Shown here: piece by piece, positions 1 through 11,235 of the stretch
How positions within the stretch are numbered: position 1 is the stretch's first letter
How the letters are laid out: every line of letters begins with the position of its first letter
From: an uncultured Candidatus Saccharibacteria bacterium
GTDB taxonomy: Bacteria > Patescibacteriota > Minisyncoccia > Phycocordibacterales > UBA9973
Direction: 5' to 3'
Assembly (NCBI GenBank): GCA_964645245.1
Contig: CAZYBS010000003.1
Location: 9,366 to 73,365 of the forward strand
Length of the DNA: 64,000 nucleotides
Translations under genes and position numbers: made by a program
Notes under the pieces: model-generated
Told to the model about the DNA's origin: nothing
Databases searched by the model: none
The model's input: the letters and a program-made list of their open reading frames with translations, nothing else

Positions 1-933
1 GAAAACAAACTTCTCGGCCATAAACTCACTCAAATTTGCGATGATCTCCAGGCGGGAGTTTCTATTTCCGGAGCGCTTTCTAAGCATCCAGACATATTTT
101 CAGATTTTTACATCAATATGGTTAAGGTAGGTGAAGAAACTGGCAAGCTCAATCAGACATTTTCACATTTGGCGGAATATTTAGATCGTCAATATTCTCT
201 TACTTCTAAGGCTAGAAACGCGCTCATTTATCCGGCTTTTGTTATTTTTACTTTTTTGGTAGTGATGAGTCTGATGTTTGTAGTTGTGATTCCAAAGCTT
301 TCCGCAATTATTCTGGACTCTGGCCAAGCAGTGCCCATTTATACTAAAATAGTCATTGCGCTTTCTAATTTTTTTGTTCACTATGGTTTTCTGGTTCTAA
401 TTTTTTTGGTACTTTTAGCTATTTGGGTTTGGCGATTATCTTCCACCGAGAAAGGGAAAGCCTATTTAGATAAAATGCGTCTCGCTACACCGCTCATCGG
501 CAATCTATATAAAAAGCTTTATCTTTCCAGAATAACGGACAATCTGAATACGATGCTTTCCTCCGGTGTTCCGATCGTCCGGGCGATAGATATTACCGCT
601 GATGTCGTCGGTAGCCGCGTATATAAAGAAATCTTAGGAGAAGTAGCGGATGGAGTAAAATCGGGCTTGGCTCTCTCGGCTGCATTTGAAAAACATGGAG
701 AAGAAATACCCGGTATTATGGTGCAGATGGTGACAGTCGGAGAAGAGACAGGTTCTTTGGGACCTATTTTAAAAACCTTAACTGATTTTTACAGGCGTGA
801 AGTAGATGACGCGGTTGATACATTGGTCGGTTTAGTAGAACCGATAATGATTGTGATTTTAGGTTTAGGGGTGGGAATACTTTTGGTCTCCGTTTTGATG
901 CCGATTTACAATCTGGCGGGGGGGATTAGCTAG
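1..933 (+). CDS. pilC: Type IV pilus assembly platform protein PilC/GspF (5' end outside window)
   Basis: Frame open from base 1; T2SSF motifs MVKVGEETGKL and MVQMVTVGEETGSL; TM segments; ends LMPIYNL. Confidence 0.93.
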   Translation, partial: ENKLLGHKLTQICDDLQAGVSISGALSKHPDIFSDFYINMVKVGEETGKLNQTFSHLAEYLDRQYSLTSKARNALIYPAFVIFTFLVVMSLMFVVVIPKLSAIILDSGQAVPIYTKIVIALSNFFVHYGFLVLIFLVLLAIWVWRLSSTEKGKAYLDKMRLATPLIGNLYKKLYLSRITDNLNTMLSSGVPIVRAIDITADVVGSRVYKEILGEVADGVKSGLALSAAFEKHGEEIPGIMVQMVTVGEETGSLGPILKTLTDFYRREVDDAVDTLVGLVEPIMIVILGLGVGILLVSVLMPIYNLAGGIS

Positions 934-1020
934 AATCACCACCCCTTGCCCCTCCTCAATAAGGAGGGGAGGAATCCTCTCCTCCTTTGGTAAGGAGGAG
1001 CGCCCGAAGGGCGAGGTGGT
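933..1020. repeat. Compound palindromic REP-like element (C/G-run family), intergenic copy
   Basis: cccctcct-caata-aggagggg and ctcctcctt-tggt-aaggaggag hairpins; 5' half nearly identical to 7574-7660 inside ligA. Confidence 0.85.
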
Positions 1021-1114
1021 ATCTGTGGATAACTTTTTTGCGCATATGTTATAATTAGAAGATTAAAAATAAGTCGAAATTATTCCGCTATAGGCGGATA
1101 AAATTACAAATTTT

Positions 1115-1600
1115 ATGAAGAAAATGAATCTCAAAAAAGGTCTCGCCCATAGGTCTACGACCGAGGGATTTACATTAATTGAACTTTTAGTTGTTGTGGC
1201 GATCATTGGAATTTTGGCTTCAGTTGTGCTTGCGTCACTTAACACTGCGCGCGCCAAAGGCGCTAATGCGGCCATCAAAGCAAACTTGGCAAACATTAGA
1301 GCGCAGGCTGAACTTGTATACGACCAGACATCGCCTAATGGATATGGCCTTAATGCCAACACTGCCGGTGCTTGTCCGGCGGCAACAGCCGGCTCTCTTT
1401 TTGCTAATACAGTTATTACCAACGCAATTAATGCGGCGCTGACTGCATCCGGCGGAACAAGTTTATGCGCCTCCACCACATCCGCCTGGGTAGCCTCTGT
1501 TCAACTGAAAGTCGCGGAAGGAACAAACACCCACTGGTGTGTTGATTCAACTGGCGTTTCAACAGCCAAAGGAACAATTGCTGATGGCACAGATTGCTAG
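1115..1600 (+). CDS. Type IV pilin (likely major pilin)
   Basis: G|FTLIELLVVVAIIGILASVV prepilin motif; C-terminal WCVDS and terminal Cys. Confidence 0.92.
   Translation: MKKMNLKKGLAHRSTTEGFTLIELLVVVAIIGILASVVLASLNTARAKGANAAIKANLANIRAQAELVYDQTSPNGYGLNANTAGACPAATAGSLFANTVITNAINAALTASGGTSLCASTTSAWVASVQLKVAEGTNTHWCVDSTGVSTAKGTIADGTDC
1141..1167. repeat. 27-bp imperfect palindromic insertion in pilin leader (LAHRSTTEG)
   Basis: ctcgcccataggtctacgaccgag hairpin; removing 27 bp restores KKG|FTLIE. Confidence 0.6.
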
Positions 1601-1621
1601 TCTTTTTGGATTTTTTGAAAC

Positions 1622-1651
1622 AAAAAACCACCCCTACAGAGGTGGTTTTTT
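1622..1651 (+). terminator. Intrinsic terminator after pilin (possibly bidirectional)
   Basis: aaaaaaccacc...ggtggtttttt hairpin with A and T tails. Confidence 0.75.
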
Positions 1652-1698
1652 GTTTTTGTGGATGTGGTATAATACAGGTGTTTCTTATTATAATAATT

Positions 1699-1728
1699 TC
1701 CGCCAGAGGCGGATCAGCCTTTGGCTGA
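1699..1728. repeat. 30-bp double-hairpin element (TCCGCC-n-GGCGGA family), intergenic copy
   Basis: tccgccagaggcggatcagcctttggctga; relatives in rpoB, dnaG and the DUF192 gene. Confidence 0.8.
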
Positions 1729-1743
1729 AACTTTTATTTGACT

Positions 1744-2229
1744 ATGAATATATTTAAAAAAGAGGCAGGTTTTACGTTGATTGAACTTTTGGTTGTCGTG
1801 GCGATTGTTGGTGTTTTGGCCAGTATTACTCTTGGGTACTTAGGCAGTGCTAAATTAAAAGGTTCCGATACAGGTGTAAAGAGTAATTTAGCCACCATGA
1901 GATCTGTCGCTGAGATTTTTTTTCTTGACAATTTTAATTCTTATTTACCTGTCGGAGGTTCAACTTTTAGCATTGCCCCTTGCCCGACTTATAATGCGTC
2001 CGGGACTAATATGTTGTCTAAAGATAAAGTTATAGCTAATGCCATAGCTGAAGCAACCTTTAGAGGCAATGGCAACTCTTGTTATAATTCCGATACTACT
2101 TGGGCTGTGGCTGTAGGCTTAAAACTAATACCGAACACTTCTTGGTGCGTAGATGTTACAGGCATAGCCAGAATGGTCAATTCTGATCCTTCGGGAGCTA
2201 TAAATGGCACCAGTTTTACTTGCAATTAG
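1744..2229 (+). CDS. Type IV pilin paralogue
   Basis: G|FTLIELLVVVAIVG motif; WCVD motif; similar to 1115-1600. Confidence 0.9.
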   Translation: MNIFKKEAGFTLIELLVVVAIVGVLASITLGYLGSAKLKGSDTGVKSNLATMRSVAEIFFLDNFNSYLPVGGSTFSIAPCPTYNASGTNMLSKDKVIANAIAEATFRGNGNSCYNSDTTWAVAVGLKLIPNTSWCVDVTGIARMVNSDPSGAINGTSFTCN

Positions 2230-2240
2230 CGTAAGCTTAG

Positions 2241-3065
2241 ATGATAGCTATTCTTACAACCATCTTATTTATTTTGGGTCTGATTATCGGGAGTTTTTTA
2301 AATGTTGTAATTTGCCGACTCAATACAGCCAGATCTTTTGGCGGGAGAAGCGCGTGTATGTCTTGCCAAAACAAACTCCGTTGGTATGAGCTTATACCGC
2401 TAATTAGTTTTTTTGTACTTCGAGGCAGGTGTGGAACTTGTAGTACAAGAATTTCAACTACTTATCCGTTAGTTGAATTCATAACTGGCTTAATATTTGC
2501 CTTGCTTTTTTTGAAGTTGCAAGACGTTTTATTTTTTTCTGCATTAGTATTCACTATTACTTATGCATATTATGCAGTGATGTTTTCATTGCTCGTAGTT
2601 ATCGCAGTTTATGATTTAAGGCATAAAATAATTCCAGACATGCTTTCTTTTGTTTTTGGCGTTCTGGCATTCGTCGGCCTATTTTTCTTCCCCGCCACGG
2701 CGGGGCAAGCAAGCAATAATTTTTTTATTTTTCCTGTTTTTTCTTGGCATATTCCGTCAGTTTTGGAGTTTTTGTCGGGTGTATTTATAGGTTTACCTTT
2801 TGCTTTGTTTTGGCTGGTATCACGTGGTACTTGGATGGGATTGGGAGATGCCAAACTTGCCCTAGGCCTGGGATGGTTCCTGGGGACCTCCCTGGCATTC
2901 TCGGCTGTGGTGGTCGCTTTCTGGACTGGAGCTATAATAGGACTATGTTTTATTATTTTTAGGAAGGGCTATGGGATGAAAAGCGAAATTCCTTTTGCCT
3001 TGTATTTAGTTTTTGGCGCATTTTTAGTATTTATTTTTGACTTGAATCTTTTTGCTTATGTTTAA
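2241..3065 (+). CDS. pilD: Prepilin peptidase PilD
   Basis: GSFLNVVICR, RSACMSC and CGTC zinc motifs, DLRHKIIPD, MGLGDAKL, IPFALYL. Confidence 0.95.
   Translation: MIAILTTILFILGLIIGSFLNVVICRLNTARSFGGRSACMSCQNKLRWYELIPLISFFVLRGRCGTCSTRISTTYPLVEFITGLIFALLFLKLQDVLFFSALVFTITYAYYAVMFSLLVVIAVYDLRHKIIPDMLSFVFGVLAFVGLFFFPATAGQASNNFFIFPVFSWHIPSVLEFLSGVFIGLPFALFWLVSRGTWMGLGDAKLALGLGWFLGTSLAFSAVVVAFWTGAIIGLCFIIFRKGYGMKSEIPFALYLVFGAFLVFIFDLNLFAYV
2690..2710. repeat. 21-bp palindromic in-frame insertion in pilD (PATAGQA)
   Basis: ccccgccacggcggggcaagc; reverse-complement copy at 30858-30877. Confidence 0.75.
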
Positions 3066-4647
3066 ATTAATAAAAATACAAAATAATAAGAGGCCCGCCT
3101 GCTGGCAGGCAGGCATGAGCCTCACAGAACTGATTGTTGTTTTGGGTATTTTTTCTGTAATGACTTCTGTGGTTCTTTTCAATTACGGGGAATTTCAAGC
3201 AAAGGTGGATATTAAAAATTTGGCCAGTGATATTGCTCTAAAAGTTGTTGAAGCGCAAAAGTTATCTCTATCAGGTAAATTACCACCACCCGCGCAACAG
3301 GCTCTTATCACCTCTCCTTCAACCTGGAAGCCGTCTTATGGAGTTTACTTTAATCTAAATCCTATTTCTGAAAATAAGAACTTTATTTATTTTACTGATG
3401 TAGATCAGAATAAAGATTTTAATGACCCTGGCTGCGCCGGGAACGGTGAATGCCTGGAAAAAATTATTATTACAAAAGGAAACAGTATCTCTAGTTTGGA
3501 TGTTTTTTATCAAGGCGATATTACCCCTCATAATTTAAATGACTTGACTATAACTTTTACAAGGCCTAATTCAGGCGCAATTATAAAATCTTCGCAAATT
3601 ATTTTACCCCTAGCAACCCCCATCTCTTATGTTCAAGTATCTATAGTTTCACCCAAATCATCTACTGCTGCAATAAAAGTGTACTCTTCAGGCAGGATCC
3701 AAATAGAAAGTAATCCTCTCCCCCACGCCACGCCCTATACCACTCCTTATGCAACGCCCTATACCACTCCTTATGCAACGCCCTATACCACTCCATACGC
3801 TTATCAATATCAATATCAATATCAATATCAATATCAATACCAATACCAGTATCAATATCAAACTCCTTATGCATATCCGTATCCCACTCCTCCGCCTACG
3901 CCCACCATTACCTATAGCGGACCCACTTCCGGCACACATATAATTGGTTCCGGGCCTTTAAATCTAACCACCCCCGGCGCTTATACCATAACTGTTAATG
4001 TTAGTGCTTCAGTAATAGTAAAAGGTGTGGCTGGTGGTGGCGGTGGCCAGTCCGGCGGAAACGGCGGCGGCGGCGGTGCGTCTCATACCTCGGGTGTGGG
4101 CGTGACTCTTAATCCTGGGACAACTTATACGGCAAGGGTTGGAGCTGGTGGCGGCGTCAATGCCGATGGTGGGACGACGGAGTTTCTTCCGGGAGGATTT
4201 CAGCTTACCGGCGGTGGTAGTGGTGTTAATGGAGGTGCCGGGGGCATCGCCTCTGGCAGTGGTGAAAACGGGGGTAATGGCGGTGGCGGTGGTAGAACTA
4301 CTGATGGCGGTCAGGGTACTAGTGGCAAGAGCGGTGGGAGCGGCGGTCCTGGTGGTGGTGGTGGTGGTGGTGGCAACGATGAGCGTGGTCAAGAAGGCGG
4401 CGGTGGCGGTAGCGGGGGATCTGGCGGTGATCAGGGTGGCGCCGGCGGAGGTTCGAGTGGCGGACCCGGTGGTAGTGCATCCGGCAACGGCGGCGGCGGC
4501 GGTTGCTATACGTGCGGTAGTGGCGGTGGCGGTGGCGGTGGTAAGTCGCTTGCGGGAGGTTTTCGCGGCGGCGGCGGCGGCGGCGGTAGCGTCGGTGGTG
4601 GTGGTACTGGTGGTACTGGCGGTCAGGGTGCGTTAGTCATTCAATAA
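3058..4647 (+). CDS. Minor pilin-like protein with PYATPYTT/(YQ)n linker and glycine-rich C-terminal domain
   Basis: G|MSLTELIVVLGIF N-terminal helix; low-complexity repeats; Gly-rich tail. Confidence 0.8.
   Translation: MFKLIKIQNNKRPACWQAGMSLTELIVVLGIFSVMTSVVLFNYGEFQAKVDIKNLASDIALKVVEAQKLSLSGKLPPPAQQALITSPSTWKPSYGVYFNLNPISENKNFIYFTDVDQNKDFNDPGCAGNGECLEKIIITKGNSISSLDVFYQGDITPHNLNDLTITFTRPNSGAIIKSSQIILPLATPISYVQVSIVSPKSSTAAIKVYSSGRIQIESNPLPHATPYTTPYATPYTTPYATPYTTPYAYQYQYQYQYQYQYQYQYQYQTPYAYPYPTPPPTPTITYSGPTSGTHIIGSGPLNLTTPGAYTITVNVSASVIVKGVAGGGGGQSGGNGGGGGASHTSGVGVTLNPGTTYTARVGAGGGVNADGGTTEFLPGGFQLTGGGSGVNGGAGGIASGSGENGGNGGGGGRTTDGGQGTSGKSGGSGGPGGGGGGGGNDERGQEGGGGGSGGSGGDQGGAGGGSSGGPGGSASGNGGGGGCYTCGSGGGGGGGKSLAGGFRGGGGGGGSVGGGGTGGTGGQGALVIQ
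3094..3113. repeat. CCYGCC...GGCAGG palindromic insertion just before the pilin cleavage site
   Basis: cccgcctgctggcaggcagg encoding PACWQAG. Confidence 0.7.
3722..3885 (+). repeat. Coding tandem repeats: 24-bp PYATPYTT units followed by a (tatcaa/taccaa)n hexamer array
   Basis: gcaacgccctataccactccttat repeated; about 10 YQ hexamers at 3802-3861. Confidence 0.9.
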
Positions 4648-4649
4648 AC

Positions 4650-5255
4650 ATGGAAAAAGAATTTTTTCAAAAGATTAATAAGCGAAGAGGTTATACAATG
4701 GTAGAAACAATGATTGCTGTTTCTCTTTTTCTAGTTATTATTATGGCCGGCATGGGTGCTCTTTTAAATGCCAATTTACTTCACCAAAAATCGCAAAGTA
4801 TGCGCTCAATTATAGATAATTTGAGTTTCATTATGGAAGACATGTCCAGAAATTTAAGAACAGGCTATCGCTATCATTGCCTCGCGGGGAGTGATAATTT
4901 ATCCAATGTATCTACTCCCTTGTCCTGCGCCAATGGATGGGGAATAGCTTTTGAGTCTGCCAATGGCGCCCCTAGCAACAATAATGATCAGTGGGTTTAC
5001 TATATAGACAATACCGGTAAAATTTTTAAATCTACCCTGGGTCCTTATGTTGCGTCTAGTTTTGTCCAACTGACTCCGGATGAAGTTATGATTGATCAAA
5101 TGTCTTCTTTTTCAGTCTTGGGCGCCGAGCCGGTTTTAGGAAATCAACAACAGCCCTTTGTTAGTATTAGATTAATTGGCAAGATAACTTTTAAAAATGT
5201 TGTCACGCCTTTTTTCTTACAAACTTCAGTCTCTCAAAGATTGATAGATATATAA
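4650..5255 (+). CDS. Minor pilin (PilW/PulJ-like)
   Basis: G|YTMVETMIAVSLF motif; MEDMSRNLR. Confidence 0.85.
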   Translation: MEKEFFQKINKRRGYTMVETMIAVSLFLVIIMAGMGALLNANLLHQKSQSMRSIIDNLSFIMEDMSRNLRTGYRYHCLAGSDNLSNVSTPLSCANGWGIAFESANGAPSNNNDQWVYYIDNTGKIFKSTLGPYVASSFVQLTPDEVMIDQMSSFSVLGAEPVLGNQQQPFVSIRLIGKITFKNVVTPFFLQTSVSQRLIDI

Positions 5256-5256
5256 A

Positions 5257-5831
5257 ATGAAAAAAATTTATCAACAAAAGAATAAAGGTTTTACTCTTGT
5301 AGAAACGCTTGTTGCTATTTCAATTTTTACTATGTCAATTTTGGCTTTACTGGTAGTTCTGACTCAGGGTATTGCTAATACTAATTATGCCAAAACGAAA
5401 ATAATAGCCTCCTACTTAGCGCAGGAGGGCATTGAATATATCAGAAATATGCGTGACACTTTTGTGCTTTATGATGCAACTGACAGTCAGACTGGCTGGA
5501 ATAGTTTTAATAGTAAGCTTATAAACAGTTCATGCCAAATAGGCAACGGTTGCTACTTTGATGATCAAAATTTAAATTACGCAAATCCTGTACAGCCAAT
5601 GGCGGGAATCACCGTCAGTCCTTGTGGCGCATCTTGTCCTCCACTTTTATATGATGAAATAACAGGGAAATATGGTTACACGACGGGTGTAAACTCCGGT
5701 TTTACTCGGAAGGTTAAAATAACTGTTATTAGTCCTAATGAAATAAAAGTTTTTTCCACTCTCTATTGGACACAAAGTTCCGGGAGTTATAATATAGTTT
5801 TCTCCGAGAGTTTATTTAATTGGATAGAATA

Positions 5832-5832
<1 letters not shown>
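5257..5832 (+). CDS. Minor pilin (PilV-like)
   Basis: G|FTLVETLVAISIF; ASYLAQEGIEYIRNMRD. Confidence 0.85.
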
Positions 5833-8393
<2,561 letters not shown>

Positions 8394-8394
<1 letters not shown>

Positions 8395-8681
8395 TGAGTA
8401 AGGAAAACCTAAAACATTTGACGGTTAAAATCTATGGCCGGGTGCAGGGAATTAATTTTCGCTCTTCGGCTAGGGAAGAAGCTGAAAACTTGAATATCAA
8501 AGGTTTTGTAAGGAATGAAAGAGATGACAGTGTACTTATTGAAGCCGAAGGCACGAAAGAAAATTTAGAAGAGCTTCTAGCCTGGTGTAAAAAGGGACCT
8601 CTGCGGGCCGAAGTTGAGAGAGTGGAAATTGAGGAAAAAGATATAGTGGGTTATAAAAATTTCGAGATTCAGTATAGCTAG
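8394..8681 (+). CDS. acyP: Acylphosphatase
   Basis: IYGRVQGINFR, GFVRN, WCKKGP motifs. Confidence 0.9.
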
Positions 8682-8690
8682 CTCTCATTT

Positions 8691-8780
8691 TGGCGGAGGC
8701 GGTGAGATTTGAACTCACGAGACCCTTTCGAGCCTGCCACCTTTCCAAGGTGGTGCACTAGACCGCTATGCGACGCCTCC
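8691..8780 (-). tRNA. tRNA-Ser(GGA)
   Basis: GGAGGCG...CCACC-TTGGAAA-GGTGG, long variable arm, GTTCAAATC, CCA end. Confidence 0.96.
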
Positions 8781-8839
8781 AGTATCTCTTAATTTACACT
8801 ATTTTTCCCAAAAGGAAAGTTTTATGTTAAAATAAATTT

Positions 8840-9025
8840 ATGAACATATTTAAATCATTTACTTTAAAGTGGTGGCAAGGGAGTTTGTTTAAGATCGCAA
8901 TGATATCTCTTGGTGTCGCCATTGGTGCAACATGGTCGGAACTTTTTATGAGTTGGACTCCTATTCTGTGGTTACTTTCCATACTGCTAGCGATTTACAT
9001 TAGCTATATTTGGCTAAAACAATAA
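8840..9025 (+). CDS. Small membrane protein
   Basis: 61 aa, two hydrophobic segments. Confidence 0.6.
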   Translation: MNIFKSFTLKWWQGSLFKIAMISLGVAIGATWSELFMSWTPILWLLSILLAIYISYIWLKQ

Positions 9026-9034
9026 AAATATTTT

Positions 9035-9547
9035 ATGAATCAAACAAATTTTGCTGAAAGTATGCTCAAGGGCCGGATGGCCGAAACTTTATTTGAGGAA
9101 TTAATGCACCAGTCTGGCAATATTATCTATCGTTTTGGCTATGAAGCAATTGTCCAAAACCTTGCCCAACTTGATAACAAGTTTGACCGTTACAGCGAAG
9201 TGGGAGAAAAAATCCGGGCAATCCCCGATTTTATTGTAGTTGATAAAAAAGGCAAGCCTGCTTTCGTGGAAGTAAAATTTCGGTGGAAACCAGAACTCCA
9301 CGAAAGCGACTATAAGATGCTTGAAAAAATAGATAAGTTTTGGAGCGCGAAGATTGTTTTTTTGAATTGCTGGGAGCAACCCTATTTCAGAGTTTGCGAC
9401 CCGCCGTACCTGGATAAGGCAAAGAAATTATTATTGAGACCACTATTGGATGAAGTCGATTGGAAGATTGATAAAAAAATCTACACCGAGTATGAAAATT
9501 TAGTTCATCGTTATCTAACTCCCACTCTCGTCCCGCCCAAGAAATAA
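9035..9547 (+). CDS. PD-(D/E)XK nuclease-fold protein
   Basis: GRMAE helix, IPDFIVV...FVEVKFR motif. Confidence 0.65.
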   Translation: MNQTNFAESMLKGRMAETLFEELMHQSGNIIYRFGYEAIVQNLAQLDNKFDRYSEVGEKIRAIPDFIVVDKKGKPAFVEVKFRWKPELHESDYKMLEKIDKFWSAKIVFLNCWEQPYFRVCDPPYLDKAKKLLLRPLLDEVDWKIDKKIYTEYENLVHRYLTPTLVPPKK

Positions 9548-9585
9548 AAGTAGCCATTCGGTATAGATACAAGTATAATATCAAA

Positions 9586-9900
9586 ATGATAGAGAAAAAA
9601 AGTGGCAGTGGGGGGCCTGAATATTTGACACAAAAAATACCACCGGATGATTTTCGTTCCAGAATTCGGGAGATTGCAACAAACAACAAAAGCCCGCATC
9701 TAAGAGATATTGAGCTTTTATGCTTAGGTTATATGGACGAAGTATTATTCCAACGCTTTGAGAAAGGCAGGCTTACTCTGGCGGATATTGAAGTGCAGGA
9801 ACGCGTGCTTGCTGGATTATATGATGAACAAAGAATAAAGGCCTCTAAAAAGCTTTTGGCTTATATGCGCTCCGAACTCCTAAAAAAGGGAGGAATATAA
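9586..9900 (+). CDS. Hypothetical protein
   Basis: 104-aa ORF between co-oriented genes; TATAAT upstream. Confidence 0.55.
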   Translation: MIEKKSGSGGPEYLTQKIPPDDFRSRIREIATNNKSPHLRDIELLCLGYMDEVLFQRFEKGRLTLADIEVQERVLAGLYDEQRIKASKKLLAYMRSELLKKGGI

Positions 9901-9919
9901 AATCCATAAGAAAATAACT

Positions 9920-10546
9920 ATGGCTATGTTTACTGACAGAAAAGATGCTGGAAGTCGCCTGGCGGAAAAGCTCTCGCAGTATCGCGGGAAAAATGCCGTG
10001 ATCCTGGCGCTTCCGCGGGGCGGGGTGATAATTGGATATGAAATCGCGCGAGCATTAAATCTTCCGCTGGATATTGTCGTCGTGCGCAAGATTGGGCATC
10101 CGACTAATCCCGAATACGCAATTTGCGCAGTAGACGAGAGAGGCTCGCTTTTATGCAATGAAGAAGAGGTTAAATCCGTTGATCCGGATTGGCTCAAAGA
10201 AGAAAGTCTGCACCAGAAAAATGAAGCATTGCGGCGCGTTACAGTGTACCGAGGTGGACGAATCCCAAAAGAGATTAGCAGGAAGACAGCCATATTGGTA
10301 GACGATGGCATTGCGACCGGTCTTACTATTCGTGCGGCAATAAAGTCAATTCGGAAAGAGAATCCCGAGGAGCTGGTCGTAGCGATTCCGGTTGCGCCTC
10401 ATGAAGTAATAATAGAGTTGCGTCAAGAGGCAGATGCGGTGATCGTTCTTGACGATGCTCGAGATTATCTTGGAGCCGTTGGAGCGTATTATTATAATTT
10501 TCCACAAGTGTCTGACCAAGAAGTGATTGAATTGTTAAAACAATAG
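9920..10546 (+). CDS. Phosphoribosyltransferase family protein
   Basis: FTDRKDAG, LALPRGG, ILVDDGIATG PRPP-binding loop. Confidence 0.9.
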   Translation: MAMFTDRKDAGSRLAEKLSQYRGKNAVILALPRGGVIIGYEIARALNLPLDIVVVRKIGHPTNPEYAICAVDERGSLLCNEEEVKSVDPDWLKEESLHQKNEALRRVTVYRGGRIPKEISRKTAILVDDGIATGLTIRAAIKSIRKENPEELVVAIPVAPHEVIIELRQEADAVIVLDDARDYLGAVGAYYYNFPQVSDQEVIELLKQ

Positions 10547-10744
10547 GACTATCTATTATTTACATAACATACGCTATAGCGTAGGTAAGGTAAATGTGAT
10601 AAAAATATTTTGGAAAGATTTGTCTTTACTCCTCATTTGTTAATATAATCCTCGTATACTAGAGTTTTTGAATAAATATCTTTATGAATCTTGAAATAAT
10701 ATGACATCCTGCAAAATTTTAGTTTTTTGTAGTATAATGTTTAC

Positions 10745-11194
10745 ATGTCCATCCGCAATATAGATCTTGAGCTAATACATTTTTTTAGGCGGATTTCGGT
10801 TCCCGTCGCGCGTCTTGGTTTATTTGTGATTTTTTTCTATTTTGGTATTCTGAAAGTTATTGGCCTGTCTCCCGCCAGTGAATTAGTCCAGCAACTTTTT
10901 GAACAGATGATTCTTTTGATGGATTTTTCCACGTTCATTATTTTATTTGGTTTGCTGGAGATGCTGATTGGAATTCTTTTTCTTATTCGCGGTTTTGAAC
11001 GCATCGTCATTCCGCTTTTATTTATTCATATGATTACAACTTTTATGCCATTATTTATCTTACCCCAAGAAACCTGGAGTGGATTTTTGATACCCACACT
11101 GGAAGGGCAGTACATTATAAAGAATCTGGTTATTGTTGCGGCCGCCATCGGTATTGCCGCGCATTTACATCCTTTTCCAAGACAGAAATTATAA
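10745..11194 (+). CDS. DoxX-like membrane protein
   Basis: FGILK...SPA, PTLEGQYIIKN; four TM helices. Confidence 0.7.
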   Translation: MSIRNIDLELIHFFRRISVPVARLGLFVIFFYFGILKVIGLSPASELVQQLFEQMILLMDFSTFIILFGLLEMLIGILFLIRGFERIVIPLLFIHMITTFMPLFILPQETWSGFLIPTLEGQYIIKNLVIVAAAIGIAAHLHPFPRQKL

Positions 11195-11235
11195 TTTTGT
11201 GTGATATGATAAATTAAAAATGCTAGAATGCATTC

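Noticed and set aside
3662-3943. Alternative-frame ORFs with (ID)n, (IL)n and (IN)n repeats
   Set aside because: Shadows of the tatcaa hexamer array inside the pilin gene.
4020-4640. ggcggt/ggtggt runs as a DNA repeat element
   Set aside because: Explained by glycine codons of the Gly-rich domain.
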